A stretch of 64,000 bases of DNA from an uncultured candidate division Zixibacteria bacterium (GCA_963668625.2 CAXXKA010000008.1:832001-896000); one strand, 5' to 3'; positions 40,871-51,357 are shown, numbered from the stretch's first letter. The notes: generated by a model from the sequence alone, not told the origin. Numbers and translations are program-made.

Positions 40871-41839
40871 ATGAATCGTAACGAGATAGCTGATAGAATT
40901 AAAGAGCTTACCGGATGGCTTTCGGTAGATAAGTTCGCCATTCATACCGATACCTCCGACTGGATGAGGATAATCCGCGGGGATGTTCTTCTCCTGCGAG
41001 ACAAATTATACCTGATAAAGGGCAATCAGTATGAGACACGTTTCGGTATCGCCGAGCAGCCGAAATACTGGGTGTTCAACGCGGTCGATTTGGAAACCGG
41101 CGGGCAAAAGATTATCAAGATGGTTTTTCACGAGGATTTCCATGTCAGGATCGGCGTGTTTCGTATCAGGTGTACGCGTAGCCCGGAGAAAGAGGCGCGT
41201 GTGCTCGAGCTGACACTAGGCGATAAACGTTTCATGCAGGGTTATACGCTCGAGGATGATAAAGGTAACCTGGTGAGAATCGTGGATTACATAAAAGGCG
41301 ATACTTTGCTGGCCGACATTCACGAAAATCCGAAATCTCATGAGCAATATTTTTACGAGGATTTGCCGGGGATTTTGCATAAAATAACGGATTCGATGCA
41401 GGCGATCTATCTTCTGCATTCGAATCATATGTGCCATGGTGATATCAGGAACGATCATATCATAATAGAACGGAAAACCGGGATCTATCGCTGGATCGAT
41501 TTCGATTTGAATCAGCATGTCTCCGATTTCGACACCTGGAGTATGGGGAATATTATCAATTACGCCGTTGGTAAGGGAATTGTCTCGTTCTCCGGCGTGA
41601 TGAAATCGAGCAAGTTTTCCGATAGCGTTAAAAGCAGCCTGGTTCCCGAGGACGGCGGCGCTTTTTACGAGTATCGGGTGATGAATTTGAAAAAGCTGTT
41701 CCCGTATATTCCGGATAGTTTAAACGATATACTTCTTCATTTTACGATAAAGCCGAAAGTATATTATACCAACATGACTAAACTGATCAGGGATTACAAA
41801 GAGATGCTAAGATCCGAATTTCCACTGGAGAAAAAATAA
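40871..41839 (+). CDS. Atypical protein kinase-fold protein
   Basis: KIIK (beta-3 Lys), HGDIRNDH catalytic loop, WIDFD, DTWSMG. Confidence 0.75.
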   Translation: MNRNEIADRIKELTGWLSVDKFAIHTDTSDWMRIIRGDVLLLRDKLYLIKGNQYETRFGIAEQPKYWVFNAVDLETGGQKIIKMVFHEDFHVRIGVFRIRCTRSPEKEARVLELTLGDKRFMQGYTLEDDKGNLVRIVDYIKGDTLLADIHENPKSHEQYFYEDLPGILHKITDSMQAIYLLHSNHMCHGDIRNDHIIIERKTGIYRWIDFDLNQHVSDFDTWSMGNIINYAVGKGIVSFSGVMKSSKFSDSVKSSLVPEDGGAFYEYRVMNLKKLFPYIPDSLNDILLHFTIKPKVYYTNMTKLIRDYKEMLRSEFPLEKK

Positions 41840-41840
41840 A

Positions 41841-43673
41841 ATGTCGCCGGCTATTCATATGAAAGCGGTGATTGTCGGCGGGGGAAAAGGCTGCCGGGCG
41901 ATTATCGAGCTGGCCTTGAGCGGCTTTTTGCGGGAGCTGTCGCTGGAGATTCTCAGTGTGGTCGATCCCGATGATAGCGCGCCGGGGATGATTTATGCTC
42001 GCGAGCACGGTATCAAAACCTCGCTCGATATGAAAGAGGCGCTTTCCATCCCGGGTATCAAGCTCATCATGGAACTTACCGGTAAGGATGAAGTGCTGGA
42101 AAATATCTACAAGATGATTCCCCGCGGTATCAAGGTGTTCGATCATGTTTTCTCGCGCATATTCTGGGATCTGGCAAATGCCCAGCGGGAACAGAGCCGC
42201 CAGTTGAACGAGATTACCGAACTGGAGCAGAAAATCGAAAGAGAGCGTCAATTCCTCCAGGGATTATTCGATAGAATCCCCGATCTGGTACTGGTACTCG
42301 ATAGGGAAAAGCACATTGTGAAGACCAACGATAGCTTGAGTATGTTTGCCGATATCTCGCCCGATGAGGCCATCGGTAAAACATGTCAGGAGATATTTGC
42401 CGATACCCAGTTGAAAGAAAATTGCGCCCAAACGGTAGGTCTTCTGGATGAGGTTTTAGGCAGCGGTGAGGCTCGCTCGTTGATATGGCAGTCGCCATCG
42501 CCACATGAAACTTTCTGGGAGCTGACTCTCACGCCGATAAAAGCGGCCTCGGGCCAATCCGAGGGCATTCTCGGCACCTGGCACAGAATAACCGAAAGAG
42601 TGATGCTTCAAAGAAAGATAGAAAGCGCCGAGCTTCAATTCAAAAGCTTTATCGATTCCGCTCATGATTGGATATCGGTAAAGGATCTCGAGGGGCGTTA
42701 CGTCATCGTAAATAAAATTATCGCCGAATCATTTCATCTTCAACCCGAGGATTTCATCGGCAAAAAGCCAAGCGAGATAGTCGGTGAGGATATTGCCGGC
42801 CTTATAACAATTCATGATGAGCAAGTTATCCGCGATGATCGGTACCATCAGTACGAGGAGATAATTCCCATAGACGGTCGTGATCATTATTTCCAAACCG
42901 TACGATTTCCGTTGAAAGATTACAAGGGGAGCATTCACGGCACATGTACTATCATGCGGGATGTTACCGGTGAGAAAGATCTCGAGGATCAATTGATACA
43001 GGCCGGGAAACTGGCCGCTGTCGGCAAGCTGGCAGCCGGCGTGGCGCACGAGATAAATAATCCGCTTACGGGAATACTGGCTTATGCCGAGGACATGCTG
43101 GATGAGATACCCGGGGACGATGAGCATCGCGATGATTTGAAAGTGATAATACGCGAAACATTGAGGTGCCGGGATATCGTGAAGAACCTGCTTAATTTCG
43201 CCCGCCAGGAAACGCCGAGGCTGGAGAATCTCGATTTGAATTCGATTATCGATCACTCGCTGGCGCTGGTTCATAAACTTCCACAGTTTCAAGATATCGA
43301 TCTGAAAGTCGAAAAAAGCAAGAAAAGTCCTTTGATAAAAGGAGATCCCAGGCAGCTTCAACAAGTGGTATTAAATTTCCTGATGAATTCCGCCGAGGCA
43401 ATGAAAGGCAAAGGCATTATCAAAATTACCTCCGATTACAGGCATAAAAAAGATAAATGCCTGTTGATAGTAGAGGACACCGGCCCGGGAATTCCCGAGA
43501 ATCTGAAAGATAAGATATTCGAACCGTTTTTCTCCACCAAAGGCACTAACGGATTGGGACTGGCGGTCAGCTGGGGGATTATCGAAAGGCATAAGGGAGT
43601 GATAGAGGTGGAGATGTCTAAAAGCGGCGGGGCATTGTTCAAAATAGTGCTACCGGCTTTGCATGAAAAGTAA
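41841..43673 (+). CDS. Cytoplasmic histidine kinase: N-terminal Rossmann-like domain, two PAS domains, HisKA/HATPase
   Basis: VIVGGGKG; AHEINNPL, QQVVLNFLMNS, DTGPGI, FEPFFSTK, GLGLAVS. Confidence 0.93.
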   Translation: MSPAIHMKAVIVGGGKGCRAIIELALSGFLRELSLEILSVVDPDDSAPGMIYAREHGIKTSLDMKEALSIPGIKLIMELTGKDEVLENIYKMIPRGIKVFDHVFSRIFWDLANAQREQSRQLNEITELEQKIERERQFLQGLFDRIPDLVLVLDREKHIVKTNDSLSMFADISPDEAIGKTCQEIFADTQLKENCAQTVGLLDEVLGSGEARSLIWQSPSPHETFWELTLTPIKAASGQSEGILGTWHRITERVMLQRKIESAELQFKSFIDSAHDWISVKDLEGRYVIVNKIIAESFHLQPEDFIGKKPSEIVGEDIAGLITIHDEQVIRDDRYHQYEEIIPIDGRDHYFQTVRFPLKDYKGSIHGTCTIMRDVTGEKDLEDQLIQAGKLAAVGKLAAGVAHEINNPLTGILAYAEDMLDEIPGDDEHRDDLKVIIRETLRCRDIVKNLLNFARQETPRLENLDLNSIIDHSLALVHKLPQFQDIDLKVEKSKKSPLIKGDPRQLQQVVLNFLMNSAEAMKGKGIIKITSDYRHKKDKCLLIVEDTGPGIPENLKDKIFEPFFSTKGTNGLGLAVSWGIIERHKGVIEVEMSKSGGALFKIVLPALHEK

Positions 43674-43694
43674 AAAACTACCGGGGGATAGCCC

Positions 43695-44474
43695 ATGGAA
43701 AAAAGATTAAATATTCTGGTCGTGGATGATGAGCAAATCGTTTTGGATAGTATCAAGAAGTTGCTCAGGAAAGATAATTTCGAGGTCATAGGTGTTTTGA
43801 ATGCCCAGGCGGGACTCGATAGAATCGATGAGGGGGATATCGATATCGTACTGACTGATTTGATGATGCCGGGTATCGATGGGCTGGAGTTCATGAAACT
43901 CACCAAGGAGAGAACTCCGAACCTGCCGATTATCATGATTACCGGTTATGCCACTATTAACACCGCTTTACAGGCTACCCAGCTTGGCGCATTCGACTAC
44001 GTGGCTAAACCGTTTTCCAAGGCGGAGTTCATGGGCGTGATCAAACGGGCGGCCGAGCTTGTTACCTCGGATAAGCTTTCGGGTGAAAAAGCTCCGGAGA
44101 AAACCGGGAGTAAGGCCAACGGCGAGAAAGCATTCAAGACTATCGGCGATAAATCGTGGATTATGCTATTGGAGGATGGTAATGTCATGATGGGCGTGGA
44201 ACGCTCGTTCCTTCACGCTGTCGGTAAGATACAAAATATTTTCCTGCCCTCGAAAGGCGAGAAACTCCGGCAGGGCAGCGTTTGTATACAGGTATTCTCG
44301 ACCGATATGCAGTCGCATACCTGTGTTTCACCGCTTTCGGGCACCGTGGTCGATACGAATCAAAACGTAATCGATAATCCGGAACTTCTGAACGAAGACC
44401 CATACGATGAGGGCTGGCTGGTGAAATTGAAGCCCTCGAATTTCGATTATGAAGTGAAAACGCTGGGGTTGTAG
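43695..44474 (+). CDS. Response-regulator receiver fused to a glycine-cleavage H-protein-like domain
   Basis: LVVDDE..LTDLMMP..ITG..AKPF; C-terminal SPLSGTVVDTN..NPELLNEDPYDEGWLVKLKP. Confidence 0.88.
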   Translation: MEKRLNILVVDDEQIVLDSIKKLLRKDNFEVIGVLNAQAGLDRIDEGDIDIVLTDLMMPGIDGLEFMKLTKERTPNLPIIMITGYATINTALQATQLGAFDYVAKPFSKAEFMGVIKRAAELVTSDKLSGEKAPEKTGSKANGEKAFKTIGDKSWIMLLEDGNVMMGVERSFLHAVGKIQNIFLPSKGEKLRQGSVCIQVFSTDMQSHTCVSPLSGTVVDTNQNVIDNPELLNEDPYDEGWLVKLKPSNFDYEVKTLGL

Positions 44475-44605
44475 ATTTATCGATTATTAACATCATTGTT
44501 AATGATACATATTTTCCGCACGGTTATTGAACGGTTCGGCAGGATCGTTTTTATTTAATTAAAGACAGGGGCCATAACACTCGAAAATGATTCTAAGGTA
44601 TCACA

Positions 44606-45202
44606 ATGTATAAAACCGTTCTAATCGTTTTAGCCGAGGGGTTCGAGGATATCGAGGCGGTAACTGCCATCGACGCCCTGACTCGCGCCGGTATCAAAAT
44701 CACTATCAGCGGCATGAGTACGCGCCCCGTGCGTGGGGCTTACGGTTGTACTATTATCGGCGATACCACGGTTGATAAAATCGACGGCCAATTCGACGGG
44801 CTGGTTTTTACCGGTGGGTTGCAATGCGCCGATGCATTAGCCTCCAATGAGAAAGTAGTCGAGTTGGTGAAAAGGCATAATGAGGATAACAAACTGGTAG
44901 CGGCTATATGCGCGGCCTCCAACGTTCTTCTGGCCAAACAATGCGGTATACTGGAGGGGCGAATCGCTACCGGCGACCCGTCGATGGTCGGTTATCTCAG
45001 GGATGCAGGCGCTATATTGAGCAATAAGATATACGCGGTCGATCGCAATATTATTACCGCCAACGGCCCGGGGAGCGCCATGCAATTCGCGTTGGCGATT
45101 GTCGATTACCTGGTTGGCAAAGTTAAAGCCGATGAGTTGGCCGAGAAGTGGCAGGTAAGTCGGAAAGCTTTCGTGCATGATTCGGTAGCCTCGGCGTATT
45201 AG
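44606..45202 (+). CDS. DJ-1/PfpI (YajL/ThiJ-like) protein
   Basis: EGFEDIEAV, AAICAA, ITANGPG. Confidence 0.9.
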   Translation: MYKTVLIVLAEGFEDIEAVTAIDALTRAGIKITISGMSTRPVRGAYGCTIIGDTTVDKIDGQFDGLVFTGGLQCADALASNEKVVELVKRHNEDNKLVAAICAASNVLLAKQCGILEGRIATGDPSMVGYLRDAGAILSNKIYAVDRNIITANGPGSAMQFALAIVDYLVGKVKADELAEKWQVSRKAFVHDSVASAY

Positions 45203-45374
45203 TTGTTTCATTTCAATTAAAGTTCCGTTTTCCTAATGATTTACTCTTTTCGAAAGCCAGGCAAGCATCCGCGTATACTTGCTATCCCCCTGAGGTAAAC
45301 CTGAAAAATCTTGACAGGAGCAGGGATTTATACTAATAGGCTTCAGGATTCCACACCAGTAAAAGGAGCTGACG

Positions 45375-45947
45375 ATGGTTAAAACCGCATTAGTGATTAT
45401 CTCGGATGGCGTTGAGGATGTCGAGGCGGTGGCGCCGGTAGATATCATGTTTCGTGCCGGTGTGAAAGTCACGGTTGCCGGGCTTTCCGGTGAGCCTGTC
45501 AAATGTGCTTACGGTAATACGCTTATTCCGAATACGACAATCGATGATATCGATTCTTTATATGATGCCATAGTATTGCCCGGCGGTTCGCAAAACGCTG
45601 ATAATCTGGCTGCCAATAAAAAAGTGATCGATCTGGTGAAACTTCATTTTAACGAGGGCAAACTCGTTGCCGCGATCTGCGCCTCTCCCGGCCGGGTGCT
45701 GGCTGAAACCGCTAATATCGTCGATGGCAAAATGATGACCGGCTTTCCCGAATACCAGGACAAAATCGAAAACGCCGGCGGATTTTATACCGATGACATG
45801 GTAACCGTGGACGGCAATCTGATTACCGGAATCGGCCCCGGTGCAGCGTTTCTATTCGGGCTGGAGATAGTCGAGTACCTGGTAAACAAGCAGGTCACCA
45901 TTGATTTTGCTCGGAAGTGGCGTATCCGTCGGGAGATGTTTGATTAG
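45375..45947 (+). CDS. DJ-1/PfpI (YajL/ThiJ-like) protein, second paralog
   Basis: DGVEDVEAV, LPGG, AAICASP, DGNLITGIGPG. Confidence 0.9.
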   Translation: MVKTALVIISDGVEDVEAVAPVDIMFRAGVKVTVAGLSGEPVKCAYGNTLIPNTTIDDIDSLYDAIVLPGGSQNADNLAANKKVIDLVKLHFNEGKLVAAICASPGRVLAETANIVDGKMMTGFPEYQDKIENAGGFYTDDMVTVDGNLITGIGPGAAFLFGLEIVEYLVNKQVTIDFARKWRIRREMFD

Positions 45948-46471
45948 AATAGTAAATCTAATTCACATATTCGATTATTACCTGACAATGATAAAACCAA
46001 CCGAAAACAAGATCGTTTTTACTTCCTAATTTTAAAACAGAGCCTTTTCGACAATCCCTGCTATTGGTAACGAGGAGCACATGTTGTAGTATGATAAGAT
46101 ACTGCAAGCGTAGAGCTTGGAGTCTGTCGTAAAAGTATTACTGAATGGGTACTTAATGGACAGTCACACCGATGTTATCCGAGGGTAGGGGCGAATGGCT
46201 GACGATTTATATACGTAAGTTCGGGCAGGTATCAGGATGAAAGCGAAGCGACATCCCAACACGGAAACTCCCTAATCATATTTGGAATTAATTCTTTCGA
46301 ATAACGACCGGTTAAATAGTTAGATCGATATAAAAATCCCGGATAGCAGTAACAATTTTATTATTCATGGATAAATCTTGCTTATCTGTATACTTTGAGT
46401 TTAATTATCCCGGTGAGCACGAAAATAATTACTCGGGCGCTTACGCCTTTGATCTTAACAGGAGATATCCC

Positions 46472-48475
46472 ATGAAATTAATTAGCTGTCTGGTTGTGCT
46501 AGTATTTTCCGCCGCCTGCGCTTTAGCTCAGGATGAGCCATCGACCAAGCTACCACCGGGCGATTCACCACCGCCAACTGCTACACAGATGCTCATCGAT
46601 ACCGGTGCAGCAGACGATTTCGATAATGCCGCCTATGTGGTTGTCGCCGACTCGTCGCGTTCGGTTATTAGCGAGGAGGGCGTGGCCAAAACCCATATCT
46701 ACATGTTGTATAAGATACTCACCGAGGACGGCTGTCAGGAGATGTCGGTGCTTCGCTGGCATTATGAGCCGCTCTCGAGCTATATAGAGGTACGCGAGGT
46801 AAACCTGATCAGGGGGGATTCTACGATCTCGCTGGCATTGGATGGTCTTCGCGACTTACCCGCCCCTCAGCATGGCATATACTGGAGCGACAGGATAATT
46901 ATCATGCAACTGCCGCGCCTTCATGTTGGGGATGGCATAGAGGTTAAAGTATACCGTAAAGGTTACTCCTACGCCCTGTTAGACGGCAATGAGCCACCGG
47001 ATGATAAATACATCCCGCCGATGGCCGGGGAGTATTTCGATATAGTACTATTTCAGTCGGATGTGCCGATTATCAGCAAGCATTACTCCTTGAGTATGCC
47101 CTCCGGCAAGCGAATTCAATCACAGGTGTTTAACGGCCCGATGTATTCTAAAACCAGCTTTTTGGGCGATACCACGACATATACGTGGTGGAGCGAGAAC
47201 ATGGCCGCCTGGGAGGATCAACGATACCATCCCGACCCGCCAGATATGCTGCCGAAGGTAGTGATCACTACAGCCGAGAGCTGGGAGGCCAAGAGCAGGT
47301 GGTTTTTCGATGTTAACAGGAATCAGTTCGAGTTTACACCCGCAATCAAAGCCAAGGTGGATGAGATTTTCAAGGAGGCCGGTGTCACGAAGGGTACCGA
47401 GGAGCAGAAAGCATTCGAGTTGGTTCACTGGGTAGCTCAGAATATCCGCTATAGCGGCCAGACAATGGGCGAGGGCGAGGGTTTTACGCTTCACCCGGGA
47501 GCAATGATATTCGAGCAACGCAGCGGTGTCTGTAAGGATATCGCGGGCATGCTTATTACTATGATGAGGGCCGCCGGGATGGATTCCTACGGCGCAATGA
47601 CCATGGCAGGCAGCCGTATCGAGGATTTACCGGCCGACCAGTTCAATCACTGCGTGGTGGCTCTTCGCAAGGATGACGGCCGGTTCGTGATGTACGACCC
47701 AACCTGGGTACCGTTCGTACGGAATATCTGGAGCAAGTACGAAACCGAGCAGCATTATCTGATCGGTTCACCGGAAGGGGAGGATTTGACTCATATAGCT
47801 TACAGCCCGCCCGAGGAGTCAAGACTTCAGGTAAACAACAAGTGCAAAATCCTCGAGGATGGTTCGCTCGAGGGGACGCTCATCCTGGAGGGCACCGGCT
47901 CGATGGACGGTCGTTTGCGCGGTTATGGTCATTGGTTCAGGCTCGACCAGATCGAAAACTATATTGCCAGAACTATAGGGCGCGCCTGCGAAAGAGTTAA
48001 TATCATTGATATCAAGCATGGTGACATTCTAGATTTTCATATTAACATGAATTGGGAGATAAAATATAGCATACCCGATTACGCTATGATAATCGATAAC
48101 GCCTACGAGTTCAAAAGCCCGCTGCTTATTATGAACGCTAACTCGCTTTACTATTACCTGGGGTACAACTACCCCGAGGAGCGAAACGGTGATCTGTTTT
48201 TCTACACAACCTCGCATTTAGATAGCGAGGAGGAGATCAAGCTACCCGGAGGCTATAAGGTAATTGATCCACCGGAGTTATCCGAGGATGATGAGACATA
48301 TATATATACCTCGTATGAGGGCGGTATGAAAGGCAGCACGTTTAATCTCAAACAGGATATTAAAATCAAACGTCGCCAGGTACCCGAGGATAGTTATAAA
48401 GCTTTCGCTAAGGTGATGAAAGATGCAAATGAATTTACCGACACTGTATTCCGTGCCACGAAAGGGGGCAAATGA
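46472..48475 (+). CDS. Secreted DUF3857 + transglutaminase-like protein with intact Cys-His-Asp triad
   Basis: Signal peptide after RBS aggag; WVAQNIRY, SGVCKD, FNHC, YDPT. Confidence 0.85.
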   Translation: MKLISCLVVLVFSAACALAQDEPSTKLPPGDSPPPTATQMLIDTGAADDFDNAAYVVVADSSRSVISEEGVAKTHIYMLYKILTEDGCQEMSVLRWHYEPLSSYIEVREVNLIRGDSTISLALDGLRDLPAPQHGIYWSDRIIIMQLPRLHVGDGIEVKVYRKGYSYALLDGNEPPDDKYIPPMAGEYFDIVLFQSDVPIISKHYSLSMPSGKRIQSQVFNGPMYSKTSFLGDTTTYTWWSENMAAWEDQRYHPDPPDMLPKVVITTAESWEAKSRWFFDVNRNQFEFTPAIKAKVDEIFKEAGVTKGTEEQKAFELVHWVAQNIRYSGQTMGEGEGFTLHPGAMIFEQRSGVCKDIAGMLITMMRAAGMDSYGAMTMAGSRIEDLPADQFNHCVVALRKDDGRFVMYDPTWVPFVRNIWSKYETEQHYLIGSPEGEDLTHIAYSPPEESRLQVNNKCKILEDGSLEGTLILEGTGSMDGRLRGYGHWFRLDQIENYIARTIGRACERVNIIDIKHGDILDFHINMNWEIKYSIPDYAMIIDNAYEFKSPLLIMNANSLYYYLGYNYPEERNGDLFFYTTSHLDSEEEIKLPGGYKVIDPPELSEDDETYIYTSYEGGMKGSTFNLKQDIKIKRRQVPEDSYKAFAKVMKDANEFTDTVFRATKGGK

Positions 48476-50418
48476 TGAAAGCTCTAACCGTATTTACAGC
48501 AGCATTGATTTGTCTTAGCTTTTTCGTTCCGGCACAGTCGCAAACATCCTTTTCAGGTAAGCAGGATATCGCCGAGCTCATGAGTCTGGCCGAGCAAAAT
48601 TTCGATATGGCCAACGAGGATGCTGTCATATTATTCGAGGGTAAAAAGATTTACTGGACCAATGATGGCAGGCAGATCGATTTCGTGCATCGCATTATAT
48701 GGATTAACACCGACTACGCCATCGAGGACTACGGCGACCATCGCATAGCCTACGACAGCGAGCATTGCGATTTCAACGTGGTAACCGTACGCACCTGGAT
48801 GGATAACCAGTGGTGGGAAACCGGTGAGACCGGCATAGTGCCTACTACCCCCGATGAGCTGGAACACGCTTACGATTACGCCAATGTGCAGGAGATGATG
48901 CTTCTGCATAACGGCATAGAGCTGCCCTGCATTCTCGAGGTGGCCTATTATATCGAGGATAAAGAGCCGTTCCGCGGCGGCATTGATGGTATCTGGACAT
49001 TTGCCAAGTCCGAGCCGGTTGTCTGGTCGTGGTTTGGTTATGGCGTGCCTGAGGGTACCGAGCCGAATGTCGAGGCGGGCCGGGGCGCGGGTTCAGCTGA
49101 GAAAGAGAAAGACAGCGAGTACGATCTTGATGTTTACTGGTGGAAAGCTGAGATGCTGGATAAGACACCTGTAAGCCATATACAGGATCCGACACTTGAC
49201 CGTCCTTACATAATATATTCTACGTGGAAGGATTGGGTTGAGCTTGGAGTAAAAATAATGGTCGACTTAGATTATGCATCGACATTTCCTAATAATTTAT
49301 CCAGTGAACTTGACTCTATTCTATTTGATGCGATTTCCCTTGTTGATAGCGTTAATTCAATAACAAAATATGTCGATTCTAAAGTACGACTGATAGATTA
49401 TACAAATTCATTTTGGAAATATTCACCTCGATCGGCATATAGAACATACGAAACTGCTTATGGTCACTATCTCGACAGAACGATTTTAATATCTGCATTT
49501 CTACGACAAGCTGGTTTAGAAGCAAAACCTATGTATTTAACCAATTTTGTCGGTGAATACTTTGTTACTATTCCTACTATTTCCTTCATGCAGGAAATGG
49601 GATTGTATATTATAAATGATAACCATTTATTATATTACAATCCATACAGCAACAGTTTCATTTCTGGCTCAAGTACATTTATAAACAACTTGGCATGGGC
49701 ACCAGATACTCCAGGGAAACCAGCGATTCTCGCTTATATTGATATTCTTATTCCGAAAAGCGGTTTCGACCTAAATTTGAATAGTGAATTTAACAAAGAA
49801 AATGGAAAAATAACCGGCGCTGGAATTGTCCACTCTACAGAAGCAATGAGTTTATACTCTAAAACGTGTGGTGCTGGTAATAAAGCTAAATCATTTTTAG
49901 ATAAAATGATTTCAAGTACACTAGCAGATGCTAAAATTATTAATTATAACCCAATAGATTATTATCATTCTAATGTTCAGTTTTCTTTAAATTACGAAAT
50001 AGAAAAACCTGAGCAAGACGACAATGGCCGTATCTCCTTCACTATCGGCAATCCTACCGGCGGTATTTTTGATCAATTGCCGGGTAACATTCGTCTAACC
50101 GATCAAACAAGTGAAGTGAATATACTTCTTAAAAACCCTGTTACTGAAACTGTATCAATCAATCTTAAACTTGATGACATCGATCTGGTCTACAAACCTG
50201 AAAGTAAGTCTTTCACCAATGATTGCGGTTCGTTCGAGCTTACAGTTGCCGAGGATAACAATCGGTTAACTATCAAAAGAAAAATAAGCTTGGCTAAGGA
50301 TCGCTATACGCCTGAGGATTGGGATGACCTTCGCCAGTTATTGTTAGCGCATGGTAACAAAAAATACAACACGGTGATATTCAAAACCGGCTCTGATGAG
50401 GCGGATAAGGAGGAGTAG
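48472..50418 (+). CDS. Secreted DUF3857 protein with degenerate transglutaminase-like core (no catalytic Cys)
   Basis: Signal peptide; DAVIL, GIELPCILEVAY, YGHYLDRTILISAFLRQAG; ATGA overlap with upstream gene. Confidence 0.75.
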   Translation: MMKALTVFTAALICLSFFVPAQSQTSFSGKQDIAELMSLAEQNFDMANEDAVILFEGKKIYWTNDGRQIDFVHRIIWINTDYAIEDYGDHRIAYDSEHCDFNVVTVRTWMDNQWWETGETGIVPTTPDELEHAYDYANVQEMMLLHNGIELPCILEVAYYIEDKEPFRGGIDGIWTFAKSEPVVWSWFGYGVPEGTEPNVEAGRGAGSAEKEKDSEYDLDVYWWKAEMLDKTPVSHIQDPTLDRPYIIYSTWKDWVELGVKIMVDLDYASTFPNNLSSELDSILFDAISLVDSVNSITKYVDSKVRLIDYTNSFWKYSPRSAYRTYETAYGHYLDRTILISAFLRQAGLEAKPMYLTNFVGEYFVTIPTISFMQEMGLYIINDNHLLYYNPYSNSFISGSSTFINNLAWAPDTPGKPAILAYIDILIPKSGFDLNLNSEFNKENGKITGAGIVHSTEAMSLYSKTCGAGNKAKSFLDKMISSTLADAKIINYNPIDYYHSNVQFSLNYEIEKPEQDDNGRISFTIGNPTGGIFDQLPGNIRLTDQTSEVNILLKNPVTETVSINLKLDDIDLVYKPESKSFTNDCGSFELTVAEDNNRLTIKRKISLAKDRYTPEDWDDLRQLLLAHGNKKYNTVIFKTGSDEADKEE

Positions 50419-50781
50419 CTACTGTAATATCTCCTCATCCTCCGCACTCCAGGAGGGCTCTACGATACAGAGGAATTTCAAATCGGTCTCGCCCGTGTTC
50501 GTGATATATTGAACCGAGCCGGGGGGGATATAGATAGCACAGCCGGGCTTCACGGTCCGGCTTTCTTTATCTATGAACATCTCGCCGGTACCCTCGAGAA
50601 TATAGTATATCTCGGTACTGCTCAGTTTATGCTTATAGGTAGTCTGCCCCGGCCTGACTACGGCATGCGCCAGGCTGTGGTTAATCTGAATATCATCTTT
50701 TAGCGAGTTGTACAATTCGCTAAGGGTGGTGTTATCACCGGCGGTTATCTGATCGCACTTATCCAATTCTCTGATGAACAT
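50419..50781 (-). CDS. Cupin domain protein
   Basis: SLAHAVVRPGQTTYKHKL..EIYYILEGTG..IYIPPG. Confidence 0.9.
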   Translation of the reverse strand: MFIRELDKCDQITAGDNTTLSELYNSLKDDIQINHSLAHAVVRPGQTTYKHKLSSTEIYYILEGTGEMFIDKESRTVKPGCAIYIPPGSVQYITNTGETDLKFLCIVEPSWSAEDEEILQ

Positions 50782-51357
50782 ATTTATTTCCTTTTTCTTT
50801 ACTGCATCTTTTAACCAGGTTCCAAAGCAGCCGTAGGATTATCGAAAAAGTCTATTTCACGCGTCGCTGGTCGGACGAAGTCCTTTATTCATTCTTTCCC
50901 GGCGACATACTGCATGTAATCAGGTGTCAGGAAAGAATTCCTTCCGCCGCAACTCAAGTTTCAACCGGAGGGACGAAGAAATCTGTCTGATTTTTGTATT
51001 ACCAAGAATCAACAGAGCTATGATGAGGGATTCTTAGTCCGTTTCACTACCTCGCACTGACGGTACTTTCAAACAGGGTTACCAATCTCATGGCGAAGCC
51101 TGAGGTTGGGGCGTCCGATTGCGCAACAGACCTAAATTCTACAGCTCAAGCTCACTGCCAGAGGCGTATGTCGATACGCCCCTAAGCAAACATCATCCAG
51201 ATATCGCAATAACAGATTTATTATAATGAATAGACAACGATTCACAATAGTAAAAAGGCTCCCAAGCAACGCTTAGGAGCCAGTAGTTTGCTTTTGAGTA
51301 GGGCCATCAGGATGTCGCATAGCTTCCATCCTGATGAATGCAATAAACTCTGATGTA

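Noticed and set aside
45960-46360. Long intergenic region as possible ncRNA
   Set aside because: Only degenerate REP-like fragments (gtaggggcgaat, gcgaagcgacatcccaac); no coherent fold or known motif seen
50800-51340. Intergenic region with short palindromes and a 61-aa ORF
   Set aside because: Looks like decayed REP-like remnants (ggcgtat-gtcg-atacgcc); the ORF has no RBS or motif support
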